Shown: positions 16,135 through 30,410 of the stretch, one piece after another | Numbering within the stretch: position 1 is the stretch's first letter | Layout of the letters: each line of letters begins with the position of its first letter | Source of the DNA: Daphnia carinata | Lineage: Eukaryota | Assembly: GCF_022539665.2 (NCBI RefSeq) | Contig: NC_081333.1 | Coordinates: forward strand, 7,626,001-7,690,000 | DNA: 64,000 nucleotides | Reading direction: 5' to 3' | Made by a program: the position numbers and the translations under genes | Notes under the pieces: model-generated | Seen by the model: only the letters and a program-made list of their open reading frames with translations | What the model was told of the DNA's origin: nothing | The model's database searches: none

Positions 16135-17118
16135 ATGCCCACATCACAGATGGTTGGTGGAAACAATGAAATTTCAACTGAGACAGCTTCATTTGGAATG
16201 TCCTGATTTTGGTTTCCTGAGGCACAGTTTGGTAAATTTACTTGTCATGAATGTCTGGATACATGTAACTGATTTAATCTGTATGTGTTGTTATAGGTTG
16301 TGCCTCAGGTGTGATCCGTACTCGCGTAGGATTCAGTGGGGGCACCAAGCCAAACCCAACATATAGGAGTCTGTATGTAAAAAAAAAAAAAAAACTAATT
16401 CTTATTTGGCAAGATTATTAACTGTCTGACAATGTTTATAGTGGAGACCATACAGAAACAACTGAAGTTGTATATGATCCAACCAAAACTAACTACTCCA
16501 ACCTCCTTACTATGTTCTGGAAAAACCATGATGCCACCCAGAAGTGTACAAGACAGGTTGGCCTAAATCTAGTAAATTGAAATTTTGGATTAGTTTAATA
16601 GTTAGAAATCCCTTAGTACATGTCTGCTGTTTTTTACCATAATGAAGAGCAAAAACGTTTAGCGATGGAATCATTGGAAAAGGCGCAAAAGAGCATAACA
16701 AAGCCAATTCAAACACAGATTTTGGAGGCCTCTACTTTCTATGAAGCCGAAGAGTAATGCTCTGTCCACAGTTTAAAAGATTGATAGTTTTAGTTTCCTT
16801 TGTCTTATAAAATTTCCAGCTATCACCAAAAATATTTGTTGCAACAGCACCCGTGGCTTATGAACGCTTTAGATATTGAGCCAGGTCCTGAACTTAACCA
16901 GTCATACGTTGCAACTCGTTTGAATGGCTACATTGGCGGTTACGGAACTCTGGTATGTCCCGTCTGTATTTTGCATTGCGGTATCCCCTATATGTATGTC
17001 AATGCATTTTACTTTACAGGCAAACTTTGAAGCCGAATTGCCGAATTTGCATCTTAGTGATAAAATCGCGGACTACGTAAGGCGCGCAATGCAAAACGGA
17101 AATCGTGTTAATTGCTAG
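16135..17118 (+). CDS. MSRA: Methionine-S-sulfoxide reductase A, selenocysteine form (in-frame TGA at 16204-16206)
   Basis: The spliced product reads ...TASFGMS(TGA)FWFPEAQFG|CASGVIRTRVGFSGG...PTYRSL|GDHTE...FWKNHD...RQ|YMSAVFYH...FYEAE|DYHQKY...ATRLNGYIGG...GNRVNC*. The TGA sits at the catalytic Cys of the MsrA (G)CFW motif. Confidence 0.9.
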
Positions 17119-17173
17119 TATGCATTGTTTATATATAGTTACATCATATATATTTTTTGCTCGAAATTCGCTG

Positions 17174-17239
17174 GCGAAGTGCGTATGATTCGAGCAGAAT
17201 TACCTTGTTCTCAAGTTTCTGCTCGTTGATGGTTTTCGC
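17174..17239 (+). promoter_or_regulatory. SECIS element (form II-like) in the MsrA 3' UTR
   Basis: Helix I GCGAA/TTCGC; core ATGA (17185-17188) ... TGAT (17227-17230); helix II CGAGCAGAA/TTCTGCTCG; apical mini-stem CTTG/CAAG. Confidence 0.8.
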
Positions 17240-17640
17240 ATTTTTGATTTCAGCCAAAATTTCAACACAAAGAATACATATTGACTGGGCCATATTAAAT
17301 ATTCTGTTCCCTTCTATTTAGGTACCTGAAAGTTGTATTTTAAATAATTTTGGTGGATTTAGGTTGTCTCTAATATTTAATTAAAACTCCTTACGATAGC
17401 ATCTTTCCGTATCCAGAATAACTAGGAATTTCAGCATATTATCGTGTTGAACGTTGCGGAGTTCGTAATTCGTGTAAGTAATGAAATACGACATTTGATT
17501 GTTTTATTTTATTTATTTATTTTTTTACACACTTCGATTTCTGTGAGTTGAATAGGATGAATTAGTATTCAAAACCATTGATATTATCTCTGCCTTTACA
17601 AAAGACCTCTTCATGATTGTATTTCATTGGTGAGGTTTCC

Positions 17641-17895
17641 TTATAGAGCGTTATTGGTGATTTGGTCCGTTTCCCTCTTATGCAAATTCTCGGCAATGTT
17701 GCATGCGACAAACAAGAGCAAGATCATGATTATATTAATTAGGACTCCAGTAATGAAGAAGGAAATACCACCAGAAAGCCAACTCCAACTTTCTTCTATT
17801 TCTTCCTCGGATGTGCGCGGTATTCCTACAGCTAAGGTAACATTTAATAGAAACCAAACCAGACAAAAAATTAAATCCATCATCTTGATAGTCAT
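17641..17895 (-). CDS. Small single-exon protein with signal peptide and one TM helix, function unknown
   Basis: Hydrophobic N-terminus (LIFCLVWFLLNVTLAVG), acidic linker, then a hydrophobic segment (GGISFFITGVLINIIMILLLFVAC). Confidence 0.5.
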   Translation of the reverse strand: MTIKMMDLIFCLVWFLLNVTLAVGIPRTSEEEIEESWSWLSGGISFFITGVLINIIMILLLFVACNIAENLHKRETDQITNNAL

Positions 17896-18454
17896 CTAAC
17901 TTTTGTGTGCGGGACAGTTTGCATCAACTACGGAAGTAAGTCTACTAGGCGAAGGAACCATAGTTCGGCAAATGCATGTGTGGAGAATATCTCCTTACTG
18001 CGTGGAGAAAGAATATTGCTTCTGTAAAGGTCATTAATTCTCTAAACATGACGACATTTGTCGCACATTGTTCGATACAATTTTAGATTTATTTATTTAC
18101 TTTATGTTATTATACTATTTACTTATGTTTTTCGAATCATTCATAGAAAGTTCAGTTACAGTTACGACTTGCGTTTCAAAGGAAGTGGCCATTTTTTTTT
18201 TTACCGAAAAATGATTCCCTCAAAAGTGAACCATGGTACAGGTACTTGAAACTACGTGAACTGTCTCCGGATCTTCCGCACAAGCTCGGTATGTTTTCCT
18301 CTTTTTTTAAAATAAGTAACAGGACATTGTGGTTTATCTAAACGCGGCGTAAAGTTATAAAAAATCGATGCGTGTTTAATAGAACAACGTTTATTGCTAA
18401 AGTTGGAAGTAAGAATGGGAATTAGCAAGTCTTATGGAACAAGGTTTCTACCCT

Positions 18455-18730
18455 TCAGTAGTTGAAATCTACGACAACAGCATCAGGATTGTGGAGATTA
18501 CTGCGTTTACTTGCGTAGAGGCAGCAACTGAGCATCAAAATTATAAATAACAGTACAGAAATAGTGAAAAAAGCGACAGGACCCCGATAATTTTCTCGTA
18601 GAACGTCCTCGAAATCGCCGGTGTCATTTTCGGCGGCATCGACAGGAGGAATCATATGTGTGTGAAGTAATATGCAAAACGCATAGAGCATCATCCGGAC
18701 AACTTTAGTGGCGCTATTTTCCCCTTCCAT
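18455..18730 (-). CDS. Small single-exon protein with signal peptide and one TM helix, function unknown
   Basis: Same architecture as 17641-17895 (GPVAFFTISVLLFIILMLSCCLY...NLH). Confidence 0.5.
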   Translation of the reverse strand: MEGENSATKVVRMMLYAFCILLHTHMIPPVDAAENDTGDFEDVLRENYRGPVAFFTISVLLFIILMLSCCLYASKRSNLHNPDAVVVDFNY

Positions 18731-19075
18731 TTTTCTTTTGAATGCAATTAGTTCGCGTACCGCTTTGCCAGCTTGTTATAAATGCTATTGAACGCTAGCC
18801 AGTGAAAATGTTTTATGGTAAATCAGCTAAATCGAAGAGTAGCTAAACAACTAACGCGACAAGAAAAAAAGGGTTTGAATAATCTGCTTTACTGACTGGT
18901 TTTTAAAATACCAAATTATACTAGGGCATAATTTTTCGATTTTATTTCAAACTATTCCTAGGAGCTAAACGATAATGGCACGATAGAAATTATGTTTTAG
19001 CCTACAAACATAACAATCGGTATTCAAAATAGCATAACCAAATGTATTTTAAAGTCATTTAGCTTGAAAAATGCG

Positions 19076-20102
<1,027 letters not shown>

Positions 20103-20252
20103 TCAGGTGCTAAGAGACCCTCTACCGGCGGTTGCTATCTTTTGTATATTCTCTGAACCGTGACAGTTGCTGTTTAGCCTTTTCCAAACCCCCTAACTTT
20201 TCTATAAAAAATTTTTTTTATGCATGAAAGTTTTTCGGCTCTACTTAGTAAA

Positions 20253-23200
20253 ATGTCAGAGAGCGAAGAATTACTGTTCTTCGACACATTTGCTCATGGT
20301 ACAACAGAGGTAGGGTTCGTCGGATAATGTTTACCCTAAATCAAATTGACTACAACTCAAACTTGGGGACGTTTTGCAGGAATTGAATTTGGATTTGGTT
20401 CAGTTTCCTAAGCCTGTGTACATAAACCAAGTGCGAGTTATACCTTTAGGCGCCAAAGTGCAAGCCGATTTTCCTGGAGGAGTGCGTCTAGGGTAAATAG
20501 AGAAGACAGATGTTACTTGCGAGAACAATCCTTACAAATTAACATGCTTTAATAGAGCTACGAATCCATCTCAATTCAAGCTTGAACTATTTGTGAACGA
20601 CTTGAGCAAACCTGGGGCATCTGCATTTGAAACACTTGGGGTCCTGGATTACAACCAGAATTCTAATATTCATTATGATTCTGACAAAAAAGTAAATAAC
20701 TATTCTTAGTAATCAACAAGGTTGCTAATCATATTTAAAATATCCAGGTACCAACCGATGGCTTAGTTTTGAGAGGCTGGTACACCACAGTAACACTGGC
20801 TGTTTATGGGGTCATCACACGAGCCCCCATCATCAGCATACCACCACCACCCCCAGCAGCTCCCTTAAAGCCTGCAAGCCCAGTTCCAGTTGAATCAATC
20901 CAGCTACCAGTTCCAGAGTTAGCATCAGTGTTAACCAGTCAAATAACAGATGAAAAGTTACGGACTTCTACACCTCCATTTGAAGAAAAACCTGACCTTG
21001 TCAAGTGTGAAAATGCTTTCGTGTCAACAGCAACAGTGGTTGAAGTTGAAGTAAAGCGCGAAGATGAGCCAGAGAAGGAAGCCAAAGTGAAGGTGGAGGA
21101 AAAAGTAGTTGAGAAGGTGCGAGACAAAAGCAGGCGCAGTGATGAGTTCACAAGGACGCGAGATTCAAGTGAATTCCGTGATCGAGATTGGGAATCTGAC
21201 CGAACTAGCAAAGCCGATTCAGAACGAAGCAATCGAAGTGATCATCGAAGTCGACATGACGTTGATAGATCCAAAAATGATTCGGATCGAATACGGTCTG
21301 ATCCCGATAGGCACAGGGGTGAATCCGACCGTAGTAGAACAGACTCCGACCGTGAGAAGACCAAAACGGAGCTGGATAGAAAACGAGGTGAATCCGATCG
21401 AACTAAGAGTGATCGGAGCGATTCAGATCGAGCTAGAAGTGATCTTGAACGAACTAGAAGTGATCCTGAAAGAACAAAGAGTGAATCGGATAGAATGAAA
21501 GGTGACGTTAGTAGAAACAGAATCGATTCAGAAAGGACAAGAGTTGATAAAAACGACGCTGACCGACCCAGAAGTGATTCCGACCGAGTTAAATGTGATC
21601 CAGATCGACTAAAAGATTCTGAGCGTGCCAGAACTGACGAACGAGCTAGAAACGACAGAGACCGTGAAAGACGTGGTGATCGAAGTGATCGTAAAGAACG
21701 ATCGAAGGAACGCGAAAGAAGCAGTGGCGGGAGCGAACGTGATCGATCGCGTGAAAGGTCCCGTGATCGTCATCGTGAAAAAGACAGAGCAAAAGAACGA
21801 GGGTCACGGGAAAGCTCTAGACGGCCTCGTACGCCTGCAGAAGACAAGAAACCAGTTGAAATCGTTGTTGTCCCACCAGCACCGGTATCCGTACCGGTTG
21901 AAGCACCGCCACCACCTCCTCCTCCGCCACCACCTCCTCCTCCTCTTCTTACTCCCGTTAAACGAGAAGAAACCCCGATTGAATGCTTCTCACCTGGTGT
22001 AGAAATGGAAGCCATATCGGACGATGAAATGCCGGAAGTAGATAACTTAATCCGCGTTGACGGAATCGTTGAAGAGGAAATTAACGAAACTGAAGCACCT
22101 GAATCCGCATCGCAAAACATAGAGCCATCCGTAGGGAATGATGTTGTCAATTCGACTGATTTGGCTGCGGAAGCGCCTTCGGAAAGTGTTAACGAACACG
22201 AAGAGGTAGAAGAACTAGAAGAAATTCTTAGCGACGAAGACCTCATGTTTGAAGACTATAACACTGACATAGCAGATTTGGATATAAATGAATTTGGCGA
22301 TCTTTTCGAAATAGGAAAACCATTTAATCCATACAACATCGAGCTGCAACCACTGCAAATTTTATCAGATCCTTCGAAAACCATATTACAGCGAATAAGC
22401 AAAGGTCTCTCAGAGTCTCGGATACCTTGCAGTGAACTGGAGGACGCAGCATTGAGACTTCAGACAATATTAGAGCTTACTTCACGCGGAGAAAAGTGGA
22501 TCGAAAGCATGAATCACTTGACGTCTATTTTACCCAATGCTCTTGCATTCTTACATTCACAAGCGGATGCGTTTAAATCGGTGCAGGATAAAGTAGTCGA
22601 GTGGCTACTTCACGGTCTTGATTTCGATAGTGCTCGTGAGCAACCCGGGCCATCGACACACACAGTCCGTCACATCAAGTGCGGACTGAAGCTGTCCCAG
22701 GTAGTGGCGCAGTGCTCGCTATCGCTTGTAGAACGTTCGGTAGAGCGCGGCGTCCTCGCGAAAATTGCAAGCCTTTATCGTGCACCCCATATGGCCCAGT
22801 CGCTAAAGCTAATGTGCCTACGGAGTCTTGACGCCCTACTTTTCTGGCCGTATGTTATGGAGCATTGGAAAACAAAACCTGTACTGGAATGCGAGAACGG
22901 ATACCAGTATTTGATCCAGCTTGTAGAAGAGACCCAGCCCTCGCGAGCGCAAGTGACGGTGTCTGCCCTCATTCGAAAGATTCATACCTACGAAGCCTTG
23001 CAGCGAATTCATAACGTTGGGCAAATTTTGGCTCGCTTACCTCCAAGCGGCTTTAGACGAAAGGACATCCGTCGACCGTCAGGCATGAGTATGGAAAGCC
23101 AGGATTCAAACTCTCAAGACAGTTTTTCTACAACAACGTCGTGTCCACCTCTTGTTGCGGAGAACCCTCTTGAGCCCCACTTAACACAATTACTCTCTAG

Positions 23201-26200
23201 TTTGGATCAAGTCCGTAAAGTCTATCTTAACCCGTTGTTAACTGTCGGTCATCTGGTTCGTTTTCTGCCCGTCTATCGACAATACGAGATCTCCAATCCG
23301 GGCTCCGATCCACTCCAGGGTATCTACAGTTTCATGCGCCACCACCGATTTTTGAGCGTTTTATTACTTCTGTCAACTCATCCGTTGTCAGGAAGTGATC
23401 ACGTCGTCGTGGACATAGTGTTAAACTTTTTGGAGGATTTCGGAAAAACGCACCATGGACTTTGTTTCCTTTCTAGTGAACCAGACGTAACAACCTTGAT
23501 CCTTCGGGCACTAATGCACACATCTGTTAGTCACGGACATGCATCAATTGGATTGGCGAGTGAACCATCCGAAGGCCGTCACGACGAGTACGCTAACGTG
23601 GAGGAACTGAACGTCACTAGTCATCATGCATCGATGACTCCGCACCGACTTGGCGTCCAGCTAGCCCATTCGCTTCACATTGTTCAGTGTCTCGATGTCT
23701 TAAAACATCTCGTGATTAATAACAACAAAGACAGCCCGGCCGCCGTTGAATGCATCCAGTCGCTCTACAGTCTCGTTTTCAGCGTTTCAGGCCGTTTGGC
23801 TCTAATCCATGTACTTGCAATGGATAGTAACATCGATGTTTTACTTAACATTCTCACAAATGAAGAGGACGCGGATGCTGAGAAAGTGAAGGAATCGGCT
23901 GTCCGTGGATATGCGGCTGAGTTAATTGCGCTTGTCGTAAGATCAACAGAGAATGCTATGTTTTATGCCAAATACGCTGCGGCGCTCAACGGACTGGTGG
24001 CATCCAATCAAGATGATAGCAACAAGTTAGTCCATCTGACTCGCTGGGTTGAAATCTTAAATCGACCGCAAGTTTTCACACTTGATAGTGGTTTGCCAAT
24101 TCTTTGCGAAACAGTCAAGCAGTATGCCGACGACGTGTCGAGCTTTCCACCCGAACTTATTGTTGCCCTTCGTCTGCTTTGTCCACTTGCCATACCCAAC
24201 CAACAGGTATTATATATTTCAAATATTTTTATATTAATCATGTACATTAATCAACGATTATGTGTAGGGAGAAAGCGGCACGGAAGAATACGTCGAACTC
24301 AAGTATGCATACGCCGTGGTACAGCTCTTCAGTCACGATATGCTGAGCGTGTTAGTTAGCATGCTGCTTAAGCTCTGTCAGGCTTATGAGCAGCCGGCTG
24401 TTCATGGGGCCGTACTGGCTGGACCCCAAGGCTCTCTTCTGCTGTCGATAGTTCATCCGTCATTGAAGCTGATTCGTCGCATTCTCTGTCAACTTATCCG
24501 CTGCCGTGATGCAGAGTTCCGTGATCTGACAGCAGTTTCGGTCTTATTACAGACGTACGCCATGGTCAGTGCTGTACCGGCTTCATCCTTGCTCCATTAC
24601 AAAGTTGCAGAGTGCTGTTCAGACATTATCGGCACTCTGTTGGCGTATACTCAGCCTTTGTTGCAAACTGGAGATGGCAACAGCGTGAAAAATAATAGTA
24701 CTAATAGTGTCATGAAAACATCTACCACCCCAGAAGATGCCATAGCGCGAAGTTTGTGGACGCAGATGGTTCAGGAGATCTTAAAGTACATTCATTCTTG
24801 TTCGGGACCGGCGGCATTTATCACTGGATTGCAAGTGCTCAACGAAATCCTGCCACTGCCGTTGCCTCTGTTCAAGGGAGTCGGAGGTGAAACACAGTTG
24901 TCGGAAGAAGATGTACAAGAGATACTTAACGCCCGAAAACTTTGGAGTGTTCATCTTCACACTCTCGGGCCACAAGTACAGCAAGTTGTCCGACTATTGT
25001 GTTGCTCCGGGCCGCAACTTTTGCAGTTGTTGCGCAAAGTGTGTATCCAGATTGCCGATCTCTCAGCCAGCACTTCGCTTGTTATAGCTAGAGCCGCGTT
25101 GGATGCAGTCCTCTCTAGTTGTCTCGTCCAGGATCCTAGCCCGCCGGCCAACATCAAAAGCGAAGACAATGAAAAAGATATCACCGTGGCCTCTCTTCCA
25201 GCTGCGCTGATTTGCACAGCTCACTCGGCCCGAGTGTTAAATTTCCTAGCGGCCATTATCACGCATCCGCCAATCAAAGCCGCCGTGCTTCAGCTTTGTC
25301 GTGGACTACAGAAATCTGACGAGAAATATGGCGACTTTCTCCAATGCTTGTGCTTGATCCTAAACTCGGTTTCAACGACGCCGGCCCACATCCAGTCGCA
25401 AGAATGCGTCGTCTCCATCTTCCAGGCGTTGCTCGACGCTGATATTTGCCTTCTATCACCAGACAAGGTTGATTACGAGTCATATCTATCAGCTGCCCTT
25501 CCGTCCCGCGAGCCCATATTAACTATCGTTTCTGGATTATGGGATCATCTCGCAAACACCGAACACAATTACTCGTCACTCTTGCCCACACTTCGGACCC
25601 TGACGTTGCTGACGGAACACAATTACACCTTCCAGCACCTGCATAAAGTCTTAGAGCGGAAACGGCACGCCCTTTGGGCCTTCTTCGCCAAAATGGCCGG
25701 CGGTTTCAACAAGGATAGTTCTGATTGTCTGTCGACGTTATCAACTGCTCTGGAACTTCTCAGAACGCTTGTTAAGACGCCAGTGGCAGCAGGTCTCGTT
25801 CGGCGTAATGTAACCGTGCCAGTTGGTACGCTTTCGGAAGCTCTCCAGTGGCAAAGTGATCCTGTACCGGTGGATGAAAATGTTGTTCAAGAACCTAAAA
25901 AGCATCCACTACTCGCTCTTGAAGATTTTTTGCGAGAGCATTGCACAGAGGAAGAATCCATGGAAAGCTTGCGGGAAAGCCTTTCAGCTTTAGTGAGCAT
26001 CCTTCAGTCTTCGGAATCAGATTCAACCGTCCCAAAAGATACCCCAGCGGAGATTATTATCCCGCTTCCAGAGACGCTAAATCTACAATTTGCGCACCGT
26101 CCATTGCTAAGTGATTCACCAACAGATGAGGATCGTCTTTCTTCCTCGTACTGGTTATCAAATCATCAGCACTGGGTAGACGAACCTGCTGATTCCGACA

Positions 26201-26946
26201 CGGATTACGTCCGTTGTGATCTTCTGGAGACTGCACAGAGTTGCTTGGGTGCAGATGTGGATTTAATGGCTTTGACGGAACGTCTTTGCAAGAGCCACAC
26301 CGAACCTATGGAGATTGGTGGACGTGCTACCACAGTAATCGCAATTAAAGGTCGAATTGAGGCCAGATCTAGTGATGCACCACCAGGACGACCCATTCTT
26401 TCGACAGCTCGTGATAAGTCAAGTAAGCCTTACGTGGCCCCAATGCGAGGAAGAGGATTTGGTAGACCTGGTGTCAATGGGCGAAACGACCCATTTCGTT
26501 CTCGTGCGCCCAATACGTCGCGTCCACCATCGCTCCATGTGGACGATTTTGTTGCCATGGAAAAGAATGGTGTTGGCGGACCGTCATCGTCATCCGGGGT
26601 TTGCAATAGTTTGTATGGCACAAAAGTCACAAGAGGTGGAGGAGGACGGGGCAGTGGTAATCGAGGCCGAGGTTTCCCTGGTGAGCGTGGTCGCTTTAAC
26701 TTCCAGCAACCGCGACGCGAAGGCGTCAGGTCGCGTCCCGGTGGCATCGGCTCGACGTCGTCTACTTCAGTTAAGTGGGATGATCCGTATCTGCATTCAT
26801 CAGTGACAGAAGTGCGTTCTGCTACTCGTTTTCAGTCTACTAATCGTGTCTGGACGAACACCGCTAGCAAGGAGCGGTACAGTTCGCCGTCAAACACGGC
26901 TCCACCAGCCGGTCGAACGCGACATACTCGCACGTTTTCACGCTAA
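20253..26946 (+). CDS. vir: Virilizer / VIRMA (m6A writer complex subunit), multi-exon
   Basis: N-terminus MSESEELLFFDTFAH...LDLVQFPKPV...GATNPS...PTDGLVLRGWYTTVTLAVYG. C-terminus DPFRSRAPNTSRPPSLHVDDF plus an RGG tail. The large exons match ORFs 20769-24359 and 24316-26946. Confidence 0.95.
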
Positions 26947-27766
26947 CATGGAATCCCATAGGACTTCGAAACGGAGTGGGTGTAGCGGATAAGTGTTTCT
27001 GTGACCAAAATGAACGCGAATAAAATGTAATGAGTAACAATAAAAAAAGAAAATTTTAATCCACTGCGAATACAGACCGACCGCTACGCGAACGACACAT
27101 TTATTACATCGACAAAAATTGGGGTAAGAGTGAGAGCAAGATGAGAGGTTAAAGTGAGAAAAGGAGGTAAAAATGTACAAAGAGATTTCTTCTTGCTAGT
27201 TTTCTAGTGTGCGACGATATGTGCGTCCTGTTGGGTACCGTTTATTTGCACCCTTACGTTCTATTACCCCAAATAATCTGATGCTTGACGTCTCTACACT
27301 TCGGCATCTAATCAGATCCAAACCTTGAAAGATGTGCAACCAGGCAAAACGCTTTCTAGGACAAAAGGCTAGGCCTACTAGACTAGCACGAGGAAAGAAT
27401 GGCGTCGAATCGTTACGACAGAAGAGAGGAAAGGACAGAAGCCGAATTCATGAGCAAGAAACTTCTCCTATAGATGAAATCTAACGTCGTGACCATCACT
27501 TGCGTGAACTGGCTCAGCAATTCTCAATCAGCAAGACCTCAATACTGGTACATGTGATGGTAGCCCGAATACTGTGCAGCTGATTCTTCAAAGGGAAAGA
27601 AGAAAAGAACGGGGATAGAAAATGGTAAATTGGCAGTGATTAAAAGGAAGTTGGCAATTCGAAAACAGTTGTGTCTTGCTGTCATGAAAGCGCTATGCGA
27701 GAGCCGATACGTTCTCTTCCCGTTTTGAGTTTTGGAAGATATTGAAGCAATAGTTTTGATCAAGCG

Positions 27767-29229
27767 TCAATTCGAGTCAGTTGATTGCTGCGGCACTGCT
27801 GCATAATCCGGAAACAATTCCGAATAACTTGGGGGCGGATCCTCTGCAGCTTTAGTGGCCGGAGTCTCGTCATGATGAGGGACTCGCCATCTTTCTAGAG
27901 GAACTACAGAAAAATTTTTACACGAACATCCTTTTTGATATAATTTATATATATATATACCTTCACCAGCATGATGTGGAATGGGTAACGTTGATACCAC
28001 TTGACAATCGTCCTGATTTCTTGCTCGGCGAAGACGTGCTTTGCGTCGACGGCAAAAACACACCATGCTGGCCATCAGGCATAATATGAGGAGCGCTACG
28101 GCCCCCAGGATGACAAGTGAAGCCGTGCTAATGGCATTATTGGAAACTGGATGAAAGGAAGTCTAAGTTAGCATAGAAAGGAATGTAAAAAAATGAGGAG
28201 GATTCCTACTGTTACTTGATGTTGCCACAGCGCAGCCCGTCTCGTCCGAAAAGAGTCCTGCCCCACAGTTGACGTGTCCATCGCATTTCAGATTAGATGG
28301 AATGCATTTTTCTTGTGTCTTTGTTGACTTGTCAACACTGGGTATACATGGCCAATAAGCGGTGTCATTTGTTTTGCAGGCTGGTTAAGTAGTGGAAAAA
28401 GCCAACATTGTAATCAAACATAACAGAAGAAAATTACAGATCATATTACTGGTCCTGTAAGCAGTCACAACTACTTTCAGTCGTAGAGGTTGAAGATGTT
28501 GATCTACTTTACGGCTGGTTTTTCTAAACCAAATATGAAGCTCTCCACCAGGGTCATAAAAAGTTGTAGCTTCTGGTCCTTCAGGAATAAGTGATTCCAC
28601 ATAATTGTGGAGAGTTTCTTCATTTTGTGATTCAGCTGGACGCTCACTGGTATAATCATATATAGGAACAAGTTTCCTTTCTCCACACAATTTTTTGCTG
28701 AGGTAGCCGTCGTCATCCCTGCCAAACTACAAACAAAATGAGGTATATATTTATGCATTCCTTAATAACTTATCTAGTTTGACACACTTACCCAGACATA
28801 GTCATCACACTCATTATCCAGAGGATTTCTCCTGAGGTTGATGTCTTCAACAACAACCTGCAAGCCCTGGTTTTTGGGGGCTTCAATTTCTAAATGGCAG
28901 TCAATTGCCAATTCAGTGACATGAGGATATTTTGAAAGTTGTATCAGCAGAGCCGTACTTCTCGAGTTCATTTTAATTGTCCGCTTGGCCGAGGAGCAGA
29001 CATTTGCGTCTTCTAAATAATCTTACAAGAAAAAGAAAAAGACTGTTGCGACATCATTGAATTTACGCAAAGGGCGTCGTCGATTTTGGTGCAGTCAATC
29101 ATACGTTCCTATGAATTTCACTTAACATAAATTTATATAAAGCAGATACTTACATATTTGATATCCGTAAGCTTCTAAAATAATAACACTATAAACACAC
29201 AATAAAAATAGTCTCGTTGCGAACTCCAT
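27767..29229 (-). CDS. Type I membrane protein: signal peptide, CUB-like domain, LDL-receptor class A repeat, TM helix, PPSY motif
   Basis: MEFATRLFLLCVFIVLLFLEAYG; DCHLEIEAP...DECDDYV...CGE (CUB-like); CIPSNLKCDGHVNCG...SDETGC (LDLa); TM ASLVILGAVALLILCLMASMVCFC; cytoplasmic DPPPSYSELF. Confidence 0.8.
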
Positions 29230-29989
29230 TTTTTGACAACTTATCGACTGTCTGCAGTCTTAGAGAAGCATAGATCGGCAAAACTGGCTGTCAGTTTATT
29301 TAACACGTCACCTATCGGCGGAGTGACACTGCACTAACAGCAGATATCAAAGGCGACAGATGAAAAAGTGATGTTAATACTATATTGTAGCCGTAATTTA
29401 GAAATGGAATATTGGTTCCTATATTGTGACTGAATGAATATCGGTTACTAGTTTCGACGCTGTTTCAGAACCTAAAACTTGACCAAAAACGACACCAAAT
29501 GTTTTTCCTTCACTGAAACAATTTGATACCGTGTTTCTACTACGTCGCCATTCTCTCTTTCTCTAAGATTTTGACAATGAAAGCAGTGATCCCTGAATCC
29601 AAGCAAAAAGGCAAAGGCAACGTCGTAGAGAAGATGGTTGATGAGGATTGTTTAGGTTCCTCGTTTATGGCCACCAACGCTAACAACAATTCTCCTGCAA
29701 TAAACGGAAATCAAGGCATACTTAGAACGTTTTGAAAGTGAGGCGCAAACCTAAGATAGACCATGATTTTTCGGTTCCATTTATACTTTCCTGTAGTGTA
29801 TTTTAGTTCATATCTTCTTTTTTTATATTTTTTTCCCATTGACGGTGACGATTTTTCTATTGGTTCCCTTAAAAATAGCTAAGTGGTAGAGTATTCGTTG
29901 ATAACAAAAATATTCGGGAATACCATAAAAAACTGGCGACATGATCCTTGCGGGAACCCGTGCAATGTTCATCAACCATCTTCTCAATT

Positions 29990-30410
29990 ACTTTGGAATC
30001 AACCCCGAGCTTAGGAGATTGGGGGAAGCATTTCGGGGCGGGGCTCTGGTGTCGTCACATTTTTTCTCCGAATCAAATTAAGATTTTAATCGGGGGAAAT
30101 TCTGATTGAAAATAATCGATTTATGCAGGGACATAATCGATCGAAGCCTAATTTGTTATTCCAATAAAATCGTTGTCATTGTCCCGTTTACAACTGCGAT
30201 TTATACCGCATTTCTACTAAGCCTACCCTGATTTCTACCCCGATTCTTAATCAAAAATTTGGCGCCGTGTTAGAGCCACCATTTTTGAAAATGGTGTTGG
30301 GGCTTCTGGGGCAACCCCTGATTTTTGTCCCGGTTGACAAGTAGTCACCTGATCGTATTTTTTGTTGCGGGGCGGAAGCCCCGATTGCAGCTAATCGGGG
30401 CAAAAGCAAT
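29990..30410. mobile_element. Degenerate palindromic MITE-like element
   Basis: Inverted segments ATTAAGA..AATCGGGGGAAAT (~30077-30100) and ATTTCTACCCCGATTCTTAAT (~30231-30251), plus local hairpins CACCATTTT/AAAATGGTG and GCCCCGATT/AATCGGGGC. Confidence 0.35.
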
